DNA of 63,923 nt, counting the filler, from Folioceros fuciformis (lineage: Eukaryota): the NCBI GenBank assembly GCA_049999805.1. It is 18 parts of 18 records of this genome, joined end to end, with 100 filler letters (N's around TTAATTAATTAA, not from the genome) between each part and the next. Parts side by side here need not be neighbours in the genome. Positions count along the whole stretch, not along the records: positions 33,840 to 38,610 come from JBNGIO010002374.1; positions 38,711 to 41,635 come from JBNGIO010002375.1; positions 41,736 to 44,423 come from JBNGIO010002376.1; positions 44,524 to 46,695 come from JBNGIO010002377.1; positions 46,796 to 49,852 come from JBNGIO010002378.1; 13 more parts are not named here. One strand, written 5' to 3'. The position numbers and the translations under genes are program-made. Shown here one piece after another: positions 33,740 through 48,115 of the stretch (the stretch's first letter is position 1; each line of letters opens with the position of its first letter). Below the pieces are notes generated by a model that had not been told where the DNA came from, searched no databases, and saw nothing but the letters and a program-made list of their open reading frames with translations.

Positions 33740-36002
33740 NNNNNNNNNNNNNNNNNNNNNNNNNNNNNNNNNNNNNNNNNNNNTTAATTAATTAANNNNN
33801 NNNNNNNNNNNNNNNNNNNNNNNNNNNNNNNNNNNNNNNGCTACGTTCTCGCTGGTGGGGACGTTGGTAAGTAGTTGTTTGTTTTCCTAGGCCAAGTTGG
33901 TCTAAACAATTTTGTGGGAAACCAGGTGGCTAGGCCTCCAAGTTTCCCAGGGGGGCTGTTGACGGGTCCCGGGTCTGCCTCTCTTAGGCAAACCTAGTCT
34001 CTTTTTGTAGCCTTGCTCTTGGCCATAGGCCAAGGACAAATTAAGGCTAGGATTGTTGCTCCTGGGCCGAAGGCCAAGGAGATCGCAGGCAGGCGGAAGC
34101 TTAGTGACCTAGCTTGGTAGACAGGCTAGGTAGGCATGCAGCTATGCGGCTGCTGCGCGACATGCCCCGTGGGCAGCAAATGCTAGTCAGATATATTTGC
34201 CTGATCCCCTCTGGTCGCCAAACCGAGAGGAGTTGAGCAGTATGTAAGGACACTAAAGTTGAGGTTGGAGCTGACAAGCCCACACTACCCCCTCCAAGGG
34301 CATGAGTGGTTCCACCTCGTCTCACTCCTTGTGCATAGAAAGCCGGCTCTGTGCCATTCTCTGCATTTGAATTTTCTTGGGGATACTAACCTTATGCCTT
34401 CTACAGCAATTAGGACTTGCCCCCATATCTTCTAGAGTAGGGATTTAACCGATAAACCATTGTCGTCCAGTTGAACCATAATCCAGAGAGACATGAGCTC
34501 CATAGTAGGCCCACCATTGAAATTGTAATAGCAGCGTACTAGATGATTCCCACAAAGCTTTTGATGTTGGCAACTTTCCTAACAAGTTGGGCCTTCTCAA
34601 CCTTCATCTTGGCTTCCTTATTGAAGATTTCTACACATTAGAATATTTTATCCTTGGTGTTGAGAAGGATGCTTTCCCTCTCTAAGCGCATCTAAAGAAT
34701 GCAAGGGGCTCTCTTACAATTGAGGCTAGGTTGTCATGCCTCATTTTTCATCACTTTCCATCTTGTGGATTTGAGGGCTTCAAGCTTCTCTTCTTGAGAA
34801 GCAATATAAGCGGATGCAACTACCTCTTCTTCCTAGAGACTCTTCTATTCCTCAGCCAATTCAAGCTCGCTTCTTCTCATATTTAGAAAAAGGGCACGTC
34901 CTCATGGCTCTTAACCCGGTCATGCATTCAAGCTTTCCCAATAACACCAACAACTTTTGTTCATGGTGATAAGGTTTTGCCTTGGCTTAACCTAACCTCA
35001 AGCTTACTCTCTCTCGATATGTAACTGCACGGTACCCTTTAATAACTAGCACCTATCTAGCTAAATGCTTTATGGAAGTGCAGAATATTGCTACTCATAG
35101 ACAATGTGAGACATCTTTTTTTTGTCTTTGGCCGACCATGCTCGCTTCTTGCTTACAAGGAGCACCCTTAAACTCTACTTTGTTGAGTTTGTCATTACTG
35201 GGATGAGCTCTTCTTAATGTAGAGGGACTAGGTTTTGATCCTCTAAATGTAGACCTATGGAACTGCATTCTCTACTCTCTAGTTTTCAAGTTTCTGAAGA
35301 GTAGTACCAAGGTATATCATAGCATGAAGCATGGAGTTGGTCTCTCATTGCTTCATATTCTGGCCTTTTCAAGACATGTGCCAAGGCACATCTTAGCAAA
35401 AAATAAAGTCGGTCTCACTGTGTTTTACTTGGTAGTGTCAACATAGAGGGTAAACCTTAACTATCTAGTTAAGTTAGTTTAGCAAATAGTTACTAGAGAA
35501 ACATCACCATTTTCGTATTTAAGCAGCCTTCTTGAGTTCTATGTGATTAATTAATATAATCACGACATAGCTTTCTATTAGCTTCCGCTCAGGCTAGCTT
35601 TGTGATAGGTAGCCTTCTTTTATCTTAAGCATGTCTCAATCACTCTTTGAAGAGTGCTGATTGTGCCGACAAATATGGTTTATAGATGGAGCATAGGGGA
35701 GTTGACTCTAGTAGTAGGTAGACCCTTTCAACTCCTAGATTATTAGGCGTCTTGGTAACTTTATTTTCTTGTAGGTATATCGAGATAGATGAATTTCCCA
35801 CCTATCTAGAAAAAGGTAGACCCTTTCAATCTCATAGATTATTTGTGTAACTTTGTATCTTTATATTCTTGTAAGTATATCGAGGTAGATAAAGTTTTCC
35901 ACCAAGTCCAGTCAAGGCGTGAGCCACATCGAATTTGAATATGAAAGTTGTAAGCCACTTTAAGTTTGGATTTTGACCAATGGGTAAAACTACCATGATT
36001 CA

Positions 36003-36074
36003 TATCAGAGCCAAGTTTCGATCCTGGGACCTGTGGGTTATGGGCCCACCACGCTTCCGCTGCGCCACTCTGAT
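36003..36074 (-). tRNA. tRNA-iMet (CAT), initiator
   Basis: ATCAGAGTGGCGCAGCGGAAGCGTGGTGGGCCCATAACCCACAGGTCCCAGGATCGAAACTTGGCTCTGATA: plant initiator tRNA with one T-stem C>T (G-U pair). Upstream TATA and CAA, downstream TTTT. Confidence 0.97.
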
Positions 36075-37180
36075 TTGATATCCACTCTGGGACGGAAAGC
36101 ATGTAATATATAAAAAAGAATTAAAGTTGCATTCTCCAGAGACAAGGTCGCGTTGCAAGTCGTGCAGACGCTGATGTGCTGCAGTTGTGAGCATTTGGTT
36201 GGACCGTTGCACACACACCGACACAATGTTCGTAGGCAGTACATGGTACCCGAAACAAAAGTCGGTGTCCTTGCGGCGTGCGAAGCCAAGCGGGGCAGGA
36301 GCGCGACGTCCCAGGCCAGGCTCACAAGCATCCCTGCTGCTTGATTGAGCCTGCCATCCCTGGCTGTACACACCAGGACAGTGCACCTTTTCCTCCCAAG
36401 CAACGTGCTGCTGTATGTGTGAGAGGTCCGTAACTGCCGCAGAGGGTCAAAGATCTAGTCACGAGGCCGCTGCGAGCTTGGTAGCCAGCCCAGCCCACGC
36501 CTTCCCATCCCGCACCATCCCCATTCCGGGTCCGCGGCCTGCTCCTCCTCCTCCTCCTCCTGCTCTCGGGAGAGACGTCAAAACACGCAATGGCATGCGC
36601 GCAGGCGTGCCCCGTGTCACATCTGCCCCCCGTGTCACACCCGTCTCTGTCCCTGTGTCACATCCGCACACCTACCCACCACCCCGCCACTGCAACCCAA
36701 ACCCTAACCCTAATCCCACCGTTCCCATAGCGTCACTTCCGTAGAGCATCAACTCACATCCACCCTAACCCTAATCCACCATCTTCTTCTCCGTCTCCAC
36801 CAAGGTTCTTCCACTGTCCTCCTCGCACTGGCCTCCTGCTCCTGGAGTGCATCCCTTGTTCCTCTCTAAGTGCAGTCTTTTACTTCTCTCAACGCGCGGG
36901 CAAGTAATGTATGTACCAGCTCGCCTCGGCAAACACGTTTCAAGCCAAGGAAGACTGTTGCAGCATGATCACCTCCCAGACTGGACTGGCCAGACGAGAG
37001 TGGCGCAGGAGAGGACGGTGGGCCCATATCCCACACACTTATCGGCATCCAAAGCTGCAGAACTGTCTCCGCCTGCTCTTCCCTCATGCCTGCAACAGGC
37101 CCCTCCTCCTCCAGACCGACCTCGCAAGACTTGAATCCTTCAACCACCCAAACCGTGCTGTTCCTTGTTGTATCTGCTGT

Positions 37181-37225
37181 CACAACACAACACAACACAA
37201 CACAACACAACACAAAACAACACAA
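37181..37225. repeat. (CACAA)n microsatellite
   Basis: About 9 units, one of them variant. Confidence 0.9.
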
Positions 37226-38829
37226 CCCTGCCCGCGAGAGAGGATGAGGCCGGCTCGCGTACTGCGCTGATGTCGTTCCAAACACACTGTTCCCCCTCCT
37301 ACACAAATGCCCGGCCAGTCCTGGCCTGGCCTGGACTCCTGGCCTCCTGCCCCGTCTCGGGCTGTGGACCTGGTCCTGGGCCCGGACATAGATGTGCATC
37401 CAGTTGACGGCAGCATCACGTCACCAATTTTGTGAGGTCTCCATGTCTGGGCTGAACAGCAGGAATCGAGGCAAACATGGCTGGCTGTGTCTCCCCTCTC
37501 TGTGCTCATCCGTTCGCTAGTCGCCAAGATTCCGTACTGGCCCACCGGCTCCCACCGGCTACCGGACAAGCGCCAAGCCAGGCAGGCCATCCCGTCCTTG
37601 GCTCTCTCCCGTCAACACCTCGGTGGTTTACCGGCTCGTCAACCACCTTCTCTTCTCTTCTCTTCTCTTTCTCTTCCCTCTCCCTCCTTCCTCCTCATCA
37701 TGTCATCCCGCACTCACTCGGATCATCTCTCCGCCCCATGCCAAAACCCATCCTTTTCTATTTCCACGTCCCAACCCAAACATGTTCTCTCTCTCTTCTC
37801 TCTTCCTCGCTCACTTTTCATTCCCACTCCGCAAATCCTGGCTTCTATTCTCCATTCTTATCATGAATTATGCATGTTTTTATTTCAATTACATAAATAC
37901 ATATTTATGTCATCTTTAATTTCAATTCAATTGTATTTTTTTAAAAATTAGATATAGAAAATAAGAAAACAAGAAAACGATTTATTAAAGAAAAAAGAGA
38001 TGACAAACCCATCCACCTAGACCTACCAGGGACCAGCATCCTCGGGTCAAACTACCAATCATAAATATATTCCCTTCTTATCCACTTACTGAAAATAGAA
38101 TATTATTTTGAAGTAAAAAATAATATAAAAATAATCATGTTGATTTAAAAATGATAGTTTTCAGCTCAAGTTTCAAGGGTGTTGGGAGAATATTGCCATA
38201 TGTTAGGCTGGGACTAGACGGCGTTAATGAAAGTGCATCAAACATATGGATGGGATTGAATGAAAGAAAAAACTGGCACTTCACTTGGGTTATTGCCTAA
38301 GGTGCTGGTTTCGATACGGACAGGAGTGTCTTTGGTTGGGAAAAGCGGAGGAGGGGGGACGGGGGGGAGTACATAATTTCATTGGTGAAGAAACGCACAC
38401 CTGCTCATTAGCATTTGCGTTTGCGAGACACACAGCCCTTTTTTTTGTTTTGTCTTTTTCAACCTTTCGGTGCGTGTTCGTGTGCGAGAGTGTCAACTGT
38501 CGGGCCAGGCCACTGTTGTCTGCAGGTGCGACTGCCCAGCGCCAGCTTCTCTTTCCCCGCCCCGCGCCTCATCCATCTTGGCCGCATCGCCTCTTCCGCC
38601 TCCCGATCTTNNNNNNNNNNNNNNNNNNNNNNNNNNNNNNNNNNNNNNNNNNNNTTAATTAATTAANNNNNNNNNNNNNNNNNNNNNNNNNNNNNNNNNN
38701 NNNNNNNNNNCCCTTCTCATGACCTTTAAGAGATAATGAAACCTTAGAATAGAATCTCTATCTTGATGAAATCACACTTCTTGATTGCTAAGAATAGAGA
38801 GTTCTCTTAAACTCTGTAACACTCAACAT

Positions 38830-38890
38830 GTTTCTTGGCACCCTTCAACCTATCAAAACTATCATCCATTCTTGGCATAGGATATGTTGG
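38830..38890 (-). mobile_element. Ty3/gypsy RT relic
   Basis: YPMPRMDDSFDRLKGAK resembles the gypsy YPLPRIDDLFDQL motif. Confidence 0.55.
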
Positions 38891-40459
38891 CTCGTGCTCT
38901 ACCTCTAGATCAACAATGAGATCTAGGATATCTTTCTCTTGATATCGGTGCTTCCTAAATAAACATGTTTGGTTTGGAATCTGATGATGCCATATATGGC
39001 CTCTTACAAGGTCTGAGGATTAGTTAACACTATTTTATTATGAGCCCACCTCTTGAAGCCAGTTGTATACTCATGGAGTTCGTTCTGCTCATGCATCTCA
39101 TGACATTGTAAGACAACAAAGTGAAGCTCACTTAGATACTCCCGCAAAGTTCCAATATGCTCAATAGTGTTGAGCATCCTTCCTTACAATAGTCTAGGGT
39201 GTTTACAAGCTTGTGGTGCTTTGGATGTTCATGGTGTTCTTGAAATTTCTTTTTTAGAAGAATAGTCATCGATTACAAAGAAGAGAAGATACCTCATCCC
39301 AACCGATAACCTTCCAAGAGAAAGGACTCTATATATTATCTATAGCCCTACCACTAAGGATGTGGAGACAACTTACCAATCTACAAACGGAAAAGGGACT
39401 CCAGCCGTAACAAGGCAAGTTGACCCACAAAAATTGAAATTGAAATGGCTTTCTTAAAATTGCATGTTCATTTCACCACAATTATGAAGGTTGTGAATAT
39501 TTGTTGGGTTTGGTAGATTTACTTAACACTCTTCTAGATGCTAGAAAGCCACACCTTTGCTATTCATTGCTTCTAAATATTTTTGCTGACTTCAGCACAT
39601 CCACATCCACATTTTTGTTAATTACTGTATGGAGTACTAAAAAAAGTGAGACAGAAAGTCCTTAAATGAGGCAAATGGCAACTCATTGCAAATTTTTTAT
39701 ATTTATAAATACATATATACATAATATGTTGTATTGAGGGTTCAATTTATGACTGAGTGTATCAAAAAAAATATTTTTTATTTTAATTATCACTAGAATA
39801 GTATTATAAAAACAAGACATTCTTGAGCATAGTACCAATTATGTTTTATGAATTTACTAAAGTGTGAATAGAGTAAAAGGAAACCATAGGGTAGTCTTAC
39901 CTTTTTCTCTTCTTTTCTCCTATCCTTCTCTAGCCTTGCTTGGGCATCTGATGCAATTTGCTTCATACACAAATTTTGGCTTGTTTAACAATTAAGGAAT
40001 ACATATTTATCAATCCCAATCTTGGTAATGAAGAGCATGTGTATACTTGTCTTTGTGCTTCATATTTTGCCATCTGTTCTAAATTCCTTTGTTGTCTTCT
40101 TTGAGCTGCTTGAAAACTCTTTGCATCCTATACATGTTACAACATAAAAATGACATCACCAAATTAATGATTTATATTCATTTACAGAAAAAATATACAT
40201 GATCTAGTGATAACATTTTTGCAACATATAGTATAACCACATTACCTCTTTGGATGACCATACTTTTTTTTTAAATTGTTGATTGAAAAATGAAAGAGCT
40301 TTGAAAAGGATATCCCTTTATTGTATGAAAATGACTAATTGAGTACATACTGTAAAATACCCGAAGTGGCATTCCCCATAGGTACTAGGTGAGAAATCCC
40401 CTTTTGTACCCAATAAGTAAGTAGAGGGCGCCAATTAATCTAGAGGAGCATAGAAGAGA

Positions 40460-41150
40460 GAAAATTACTTGCAACTATTGTGGTAGAATTCGAGACATGG
40501 TGAGAAATTGTTTCAAGAACAAAACAATGAGAGAACACAAGTACAAGGCACTTATTCACACGACATAGCTCAAAATGAATTTAGCACATAGGTGATATAT
40601 TGATTCAAGAGCTTCAAAGCAGATGACCAATCAAAGCAAATGGTTCCATTTGTTCATGTCTGTCTCTCCAACAAGCATTTATCCAAGGGATAACTCAGCT
40701 CAAAGATATGAGGAAGAAGGGCTCATGTTCTAAAGGACCTACTCAAGGTATGTTGGAAAGGATCTTTTATGTTCTAAGGTTGGTGAAGAACTTATTGTCT
40801 ATGAGTGTAGCTTCTTTCCAAGGATTTAGTGTGAAGTTTCAAGGAGGTAACATGACCTTCACCAGTATAGAAGGCAAACTTAAAGCACAAGCCTCTGGTT
40901 ACAAATTTGGAAGGATGTATTGTTTGAGCTCCCATTATGATGCCAAGCTCAAGGATACATGCCAACTTGGTTGAAACCAATGCAAACAAGTTGTTATTGT
41001 GGCATCAAAGGTTGGATCACCTTAGAGTGCAAAACATGAAGTTGATGGGAAAGAAGTACATGTCGCAAGGACTTACGCTTGGAGGAGAAGAAACCATCGA
41101 TGTTTGCAAAGGATGCATTATAGGCAAGCAGCATTACCGCACCAAGGAGA
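40460..41150 (+). mobile_element. Highly decayed copia gag-PR-INT
   Basis: CNYCGRI, YIDSRAS, VKNLLS, LWHQRLDHL, CKGCIIGKQH. Confidence 0.75.
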
Positions 41151-41735
41151 GAACTATGGCTAATCAATTTGACATTAATATCATGTGATCCATGCTTCCA
41201 TCGGTCCACCCCTTCCCTATACACAGATGCGCTCCCGGAGAGGGCCTAGAACTCCCCATTCAAGGTCGCTAGCCTTCGGCTAGCGTCCACTAGTAGCATG
41301 CTATCCAATCTCCCCATTTCCCTTGGCTCCCATTCCACCAACCCGTGTTGTTGCTGTCTAGAGCCCGAAGCGCCTGGCCCCTAACTGGCCATCGTCAACC
41401 TCCTCTCACAGGCAGGTGAGTAAGGGGTGGAATCAGGAGCACTAGGGGGTCGGATCGTATAGAGCCAGCTCCGTGTGCCAGTGGGGGGTCGGGATGTGCG
41501 CTGTGGGGAGGATTCCGCCATCTACTTCCCCACATACGACCATCCGTGATACGTTTCCCCCTTCAAGCCCGGCAACCCATAAGCATCCCTTATCTTCCGC
41601 AGGGTGGTCACCAAATTAGTTGCCCTGTTCAGCCTNNNNNNNNNNNNNNNNNNNNNNNNNNNNNNNNNNNNNNNNNNNNTTAATTAATTAANNNNNNNNN
41701 NNNNNNNNNNNNNNNNNNNNNNNNNNNNNNNNNNN

Positions 41736-42259
41736 TCAAGTGTTGTAGGCCGGCCATGTCTCATGGTGTCTGGTAAGGTTGTAGGGGGGAGATACCCAAG
41801 AGGGGAGTGTGTTCCCTTCTTCCTTTTGTTTGGGGTTAGTTTAGTGACTCTTGCCGGGTAGGGGGAGTCAGTAGGGAAGTGTAGAAGGTAGTCGTGTCGT
41901 TGCTAGTTGCTGGTAGTTGCTGATGTTGGTGCTGGAGTGAGAGAGTGAGTGAAGTGTGTGAGAGAAGTCGCAGATCTGAGATGTTAGAGTCGTTGTAGTG
42001 ACTGGAGTGAGTTTGGGGGCACCGAGAGAGGTGCAGCTGACCGCCGGACAGCGAGGCCTGTCCTACGCCTGATCGGAGCTGGAGGGGAGCCCTCGAATCC
42101 ATCATCGAGTTCATCAAGTCCGACCCTCCATCCACAGCAGCAAGGAACCCCATCGCTCCTTCGTGGGAACGAAACCCAATGTCTCAACGACAGTGGGATA
42201 AGTGTGGCCACTAAAGGTGGGACCCTTCGGCAATCAGTGCCCGGGGTTTTGCCTCCACA
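41736..42259 (+). repeat. LTR family C 3' end (also 49953-50126, 57115-57788)
   Basis: Three copies end CAGTGCCCGGGGTTTTGCCTCCACA with unrelated flanks. Confidence 0.85.
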
Positions 42260-44740
42260 TTGACATAATCCCTTCACATACTTCTTCCATCACTTGAGTT
42301 AGGTCCGAAGTTAATACCTTACTTCTAATCTAGTCACAAGGGTAGTGTTCTTCTCCATGAGTTTATGTAGTTCATAGTCTTAACGCGAGGAAGTGCGACT
42401 AACTCTTGGTGGCAGCCGATTTGAAGGTGGTTGAAGCTTATCTTCAACTTTGGTCGTCTTCTTTGGTTTCTGCAGCTTTCAAGACACAATAACCTACAGG
42501 TGTTTGAGGGGGAGAGTTAGAAATAAGACAGAGCATGTTGGTTAGCCTAACTAGACCTAGCTATAGGTAGTAGTTAGTTAACTAGCAGGCTAGTTGAAAG
42601 GACACATCTCTTGGTGAACTGCTATTTAAGGCCTACCGCTTATCCACCTTAATAAGAATTGCTTAGTTTTTTTCGTTGATTAGACAAAGCGCATCCACTT
42701 ATGCATTTCCAACTAATTTTTCTCAAATCGTAGCAATAGTATCGCAATAGGCTTTGAGTTGAGGCTTGCAAGGCAACCCATAGGTAGGGATTTGTAGCCG
42801 AGAAGGCAGATAGTGGGGCGCATGTGGTATGGGCCAAATCAGGGGCAGTTTTAGTGGGGTAGCATGAACAACCCAGGGATCTGGTCATCATTAGCCAAGG
42901 CGCCATTGCAATGCAAGGAGGCTGCTGGCTGCTGGAGGGCTAAGCCTGTGGAGATCACAAGGGTGCAATAGTGCAAGGAGCATGCTACTCTAAAGCAAAT
43001 TGAGGCAAAGCCAAAGGGCCGTGGTGTGAGGACATGCCAGCAAATCTGAAAGCAAAAACTTGAGGCCACTGACTCTATGAAGGGAGAATCAACGAGACTA
43101 CTGCTATCAATGAGAATTAGTGGGTCGTGATGCTGAAAATCAAGGTCGAAAGATGTAGGATGGCCGATCATGGGCACGTTGGTGGAGGGTGTCAAGAGCT
43201 GTAGGAGGCGCGTTATCAATTAGGTGTCAGGCGGGCTATTGGTCAACGAGGAGGTGCCCTTAGTGTGCTGCTAACCAGGCCAGCAAGGGGCAAATCGAGA
43301 GCAGGGCGTAGGGATTTTGGCAAGGGGTCGAGGCAAGATGTGGAAGCGGCATCTAGTTGTTGAGCGGGTTTGCTAGAAGAAGTGGGGCTGCAAGGAGCTG
43401 GAGTGCGACCTTGTTTGATTTGTCTGTGGGCACAAATTGGAGTTGTTGTGAACTTAGGTTGAAGATATGAGCCCTAGCTCCGTGATTCTTGAAGAACGCC
43501 GGTCTAGGACTCACTATGGATTGAGGGACGGCATGTGGAAGAGGCAACCTACCCCCATTTCCCAATTCTCATCCCCCTTTTCCATTTCCCCATCCTTTTT
43601 TCTCCTTTCTCATTCCCCTTTTCTTTTCTTTTTATTTTTCTTTTTCTTTTTTTCTTTTCTCAATTATCTTGGAGTTTCTGGCTTTTCTTTTTTCCTCTAC
43701 GTATCTAACCTACTTGACAGTCACAAGTCTGTCTAAGCACCCTTGGGCCAAGCTTGGGTAACCGTGGCAACCTTCTGATGGATATTGTTTTTGTTGCAGG
43801 AATAGCCGTTTTTAGGCCTACCTCCAGCTACTACTCCCTCTCCTCTCCAGTCACTTTTCTTTCTTATCCCATTGTCATCATCAACACTAGGGGACTTTCA
43901 TTACATGAGTGTGTATGTTAGTCCCCTAGGTACTTTCGGCTATACCAGCATCTACCAATTTTACTAGTTTGCCTATGAGACAGGGCGTTTGCTTGCTTGC
44001 TATCTTAATTATTTAAAATCTAGAAGGAGGTTAGCTCATGCAACTCCTCACTAACACTTATGTTGTGTTCTTCTTAGTGTGACACTAACTTGCCTTTGGT
44101 AGGTTTAACCTATCGCCCGTCGGCCAGTAGAACACTTAATAGGACTAATTGGTCACCTCGAGGGGCTGAAGGATGTTCTCCCATTAGAGCTACACACCAG
44201 TCGTCATGGGGGCTATGGGGGTAGTGCTGGTGGAATGGAGATGGCTATTCCGCGGATAGGCCTTGCTGCCAAGAGGATAGTTGACAAGAAGACCAAGGAG
44301 GTAGCCACCCAAGAATCAAGATGTAGTGCCCACCAAATGTAAGAGATCAATCAACAATCAATGGTCTAGAAAAGTTTAGTGGCCTAATACCACTACAAGT
44401 AGTGGGGTCAATAAGAAGAATGGNNNNNNNNNNNNNNNNNNNNNNNNNNNNNNNNNNNNNNNNNNNNTTAATTAATTAANNNNNNNNNNNNNNNNNNNNN
44501 NNNNNNNNNNNNNNNNNNNNNNNGCTGGAGGGCTATCCAGTCCTAGTGTCCACACTATGCTTGGAGGCTGCAGGGCGTGAAGCCATTGTGTCCCAATTTC
44601 CAGGAAGGGACTGAAGTGGGAATCTTGAAGAGCTGAGGTGAAGGAGAAAGGGACTGAAGTGGGAATCATGAAGAGCTGAAGGACTGAAGAACAGGAGTGA
44701 GTTGGGCGAGCTGACTTAGGGGGTAGGCTAGGCTTCTAGC

Positions 44741-44913
44741 CTTTTTGTTGTGAGTGTATGGACAGGCCTATGGACCGGCTGATAGGTAGAAGTGTGATAG
44801 GTAGTGTTCCTTGGCACTAGTTCACTCCCTTGGGAGCGAACCATAGGACTGCAGCGACAATAGGGGGATGTGTGGCCCTTGGGTAGTTCTTGGGTGCAAG
44901 AAATCACTCCACA
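44741..44913 (+). repeat. LTR family D 3' end (also 62853-63026)
   Basis: Two copies end GGGTGCAAGAAATCACTCCACA. Confidence 0.85.
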
Positions 44914-45777
44914 CCAACCCAAGACAGCAGCATTGGATAGCTGCTAAGTGTGTCCTCAGGTACTTGAAAGGCACATCTGACTTAGGACTTTTGTACAGCA
45001 AGAAAGGGGTTGATGGAAGAACTTGGATGGAATGCAAGACGGACTCCGATTGGGCTGGTGATAAGGACTCACGTAGGTCCATATCTGCATATTGTATTGA
45101 GGTGTGTGACAGCCTCGTTAGCTGGTCCTCAAAGAAGCAAACAGTGGTTGCATTATCATCTACGGAGGCCGAATATGCGGCAACCACAACTGCAGCTCAA
45201 GAAGTTATGCACCTATAGAACTTCTTAGAAACTCTAGGTTACCAGCAGCAGGAGCCGACGCCAATGTACTGCAATAATCAGTCTGCCATTGCTATAGCTA
45301 GGAATCCTATCTCACATGCTCGTACGAGACATGTGGAGGTGAAGCAACATTTCATAAGAAATGCAATTGCCAACAAGATAATCAGTCTCAGCTACATCCC
45401 CACAAATGACAATACAGCTGATTTACTGACCAAGGCTCTTGCAAAAGAAAAACATAACTTGCATGTTGTTGGACTTGGCTTGAGACACAGATATGATATT
45501 GAAGCGGAGAAGAAAGAAAATGAAGTGACCAAGAAAACTGGTGGCGACTGACGGCTGCGACTAAGTGGGGTGCAAAGTGAAGCCTAGGAATAGTCTAGCG
45601 TCAACTAGTCAACAACTAGGTTAAGTTAAATAAGGTTTAGCTAGGGCTAGATAGCCTAGTGTGAAAAGACACATAATCAAAAAAACACCTAACCACCATA
45701 GCGTATGGCATAAGACACAAGACATTGCTTTTGTACTTTACTACACACGATTATTCTCAATGTAAGATGCTTCTCCA
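44914..45777 (+). mobile_element. Copia 3' end: RNase H, weak PPT, probable 3' LTR (about 45571-45777)
   Basis: LRYLKGT, DSDWAGD, SSTEAEY, RTRHVE, stop at 45551; AAGTGGGG then a TG...CA AT-rich tract. Confidence 0.8.
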
Positions 45778-45910
45778 GATTTTTGTAGAAAGCCCGTCAA
45801 ATTCTTGGTTGATGTTTGGTGTCTAGTTTCACAGCTCATTTGAAGGCAAATCTTTCAGGGTTTGTCTCGTCAAAAACGGCCACTAAACTCCCCAACAATG
45901 GGTGGAAAAT

Positions 45911-46417
45911 GGATGCACAACAACAAGATTGCAGCAGAATGTTTCTTCCGGATCGCTTCATCCACTATTTGCAGAATCACCTAGCCAATATTTGGAATCA
46001 AAGCCCTTTGCATGGGCTACAAAATAATATGTCTGTACGTTGGTTTGGCATCCAAATGCTTGTGGTATCATTGAAAAACGGATGCATAACAACAAGATTA
46101 CAGCAAAACTTTTTTACCAGGTTGCTTCATGCACTATTTGCATAATGCCCTGGCCAATATCTTAAATCAAATCCCTCTGCACGAGCTACAGAATGTTATG
46201 TCTCTACTTTGGTTTGGCATCCAAATGCTTGCGGTATCATCAAAAAACGGATGCACAAGAACGAGAATGCAGTAGGAGGTTTTTGCTGATTTTTGCATGC
46301 ACAATTCATGTATTTTTGTGCCCAGTATCTTGAATTGAAGGTCTATGCACGGATTACAGAATGATATGTTTGTATTGTGTTTTGGACCCCAAACAACGGA
46401 GTTTTGGGTTTTGGTTG
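45911..46417. repeat. 169-bp degenerate tandem repeat, about 3 copies
   Basis: GGATGCA anchor at 45911, 46080, 46249; TTGGTTTGGCATCCAAATGCTTG recurs. Confidence 0.8.
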
Positions 46418-46899
46418 TAAGATGGATTCCAACAATCGTGTTTGCAAGTGACAGAGCAAACACAAAAAACACGGCCAGACTTTGCACAATCGGCAAGAAT
46501 TGGCATTTCTACTTAATTGATTCACTAAAGGCAGCCTTCCCTGCAGCTTGTTCAGCAAATGTAGGGCGCTTTGCCTTTGGAGGCAGTTTCCATGATAGAC
46601 GATTTTCCCAAAATGATTTCTTCCTCTTCAAGCTATTGTCAGACAATCAAGTCTAGCACTTCCCGTATGCACACGCCTCCTGCACCTACAAGGACNNNNN
46701 NNNNNNNNNNNNNNNNNNNNNNNNNNNNNNNNNNNNNNNTTAATTAATTAANNNNNNNNNNNNNNNNNNNNNNNNNNNNNNNNNNNNNNNNNNNNCAGGA
46801 AGAGGATTCAAGTTTGTCAGACGATGATTCTCTCCTCGAGATACACATAAGCAATCTCCTCGGGATACACATAAGCAACACAACAGCAAGCACAACCAC

Positions 46900-48115
46900 C
46901 ATCACGTAGCACAAACACTCACGTAAACATGTCTGCCTCCTCTTCAATATCTGAATTAAAAGAAAAGGATAGATTTGGCGTGTCCGGATGAGGGCTGTCC
47001 TTGTAGCCAGGAAAGTGTGGACTGTGATGGACGGGACCCGTAAGGAGCCAGCTGCAGCTGCCACAGGAACTTCACTTTCAACTGCTCAACAAACCCTCTT
47101 GGACGAATGAACTTCAGACAACGACCTTGCTGCAGCGCTCCTCATAAGTGGTTTGGATGTTGTTTTAATTCTAGATGTAAAATATTTGCTCAAGGCTCAT
47201 GAGGTATGGGCGCAACTTGAGAGGACATACCAAGTGCGCAATAGGATGGCTCTTTGCGCTGCAAGTTAGGAGCTATTCACCCTTAAGATGAAGGAGTCCG
47301 ACAAGGTTGCAGTTTTTACGAGCAAGTTCAGACATTTACGCGTAGACCTGGTATCTTTTGGTTCTACTATGGATGAAGAGGATGCCATCGCGCAACTGCT
47401 GATCAGCCTTCCACCATCCTATCAAAATTTTGTGAGTATACAAAATGGTCCAATTCGCACTACAGGCACTGCAAGCACATCCAACACTAGGACATTGGAG
47501 GATGTCATTGGGGCATTGTACCAGGAGGAGCAAAGTCGACAGCTTATGTTAGGTGGACATAAACACAAGAGTGAAAAGGTGATGGCTACAAAGTTCAAGC
47601 CGCACACAAATAAAGGGAAGACTCAAGGATCAGGTCAGCGTGCTAGTGACTTTGGATTTTCTTCCACTAAAAGGACAGGCAATTGTAATTGGTGTGGGAT
47701 AGCTAGGCACTGTGCACGTGACTGCCGCAAGAAGAAGGCAGGCGAGCCGCAGCGCCAGCACAAACCTACTTCTAGCATGGCAGTGAAAGACAAGTCTGGA
47801 GGTGACCACAATAAATCTACTGTGAGGATTTATACTGTTTGCCTATCTAGCTCCACGAGGGATAGTATCAGTTGGTATATGGACTCTGGAGCAACTACAC
47901 ATATTTGTATGGACAAGGACTAGTTTTCACATCTGCATCTGCTCAAAGTACCTGAGAAAGTGCTGTTGGGAGATGAGAGGACTGAGACTGGGTTGTAGAT
48001 CAAAGGGCACGGGAGGTGTACCTTTATCCTGCCAGACAATACAAAGCTTACTCTTGACGGGGTGTTGTATGTCCCGAGGATGGCGAAGAATTTGATGTCA
48101 CTTAGCAGACTATTG
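46900..48115 (+). mobile_element. Copia gag-protease remnant
   Basis: IWRVRMRAVL, LPPSYQNFV, CNWCGIARHCARDC, WYMDSGAT, MAKNLMS. Confidence 0.88.
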
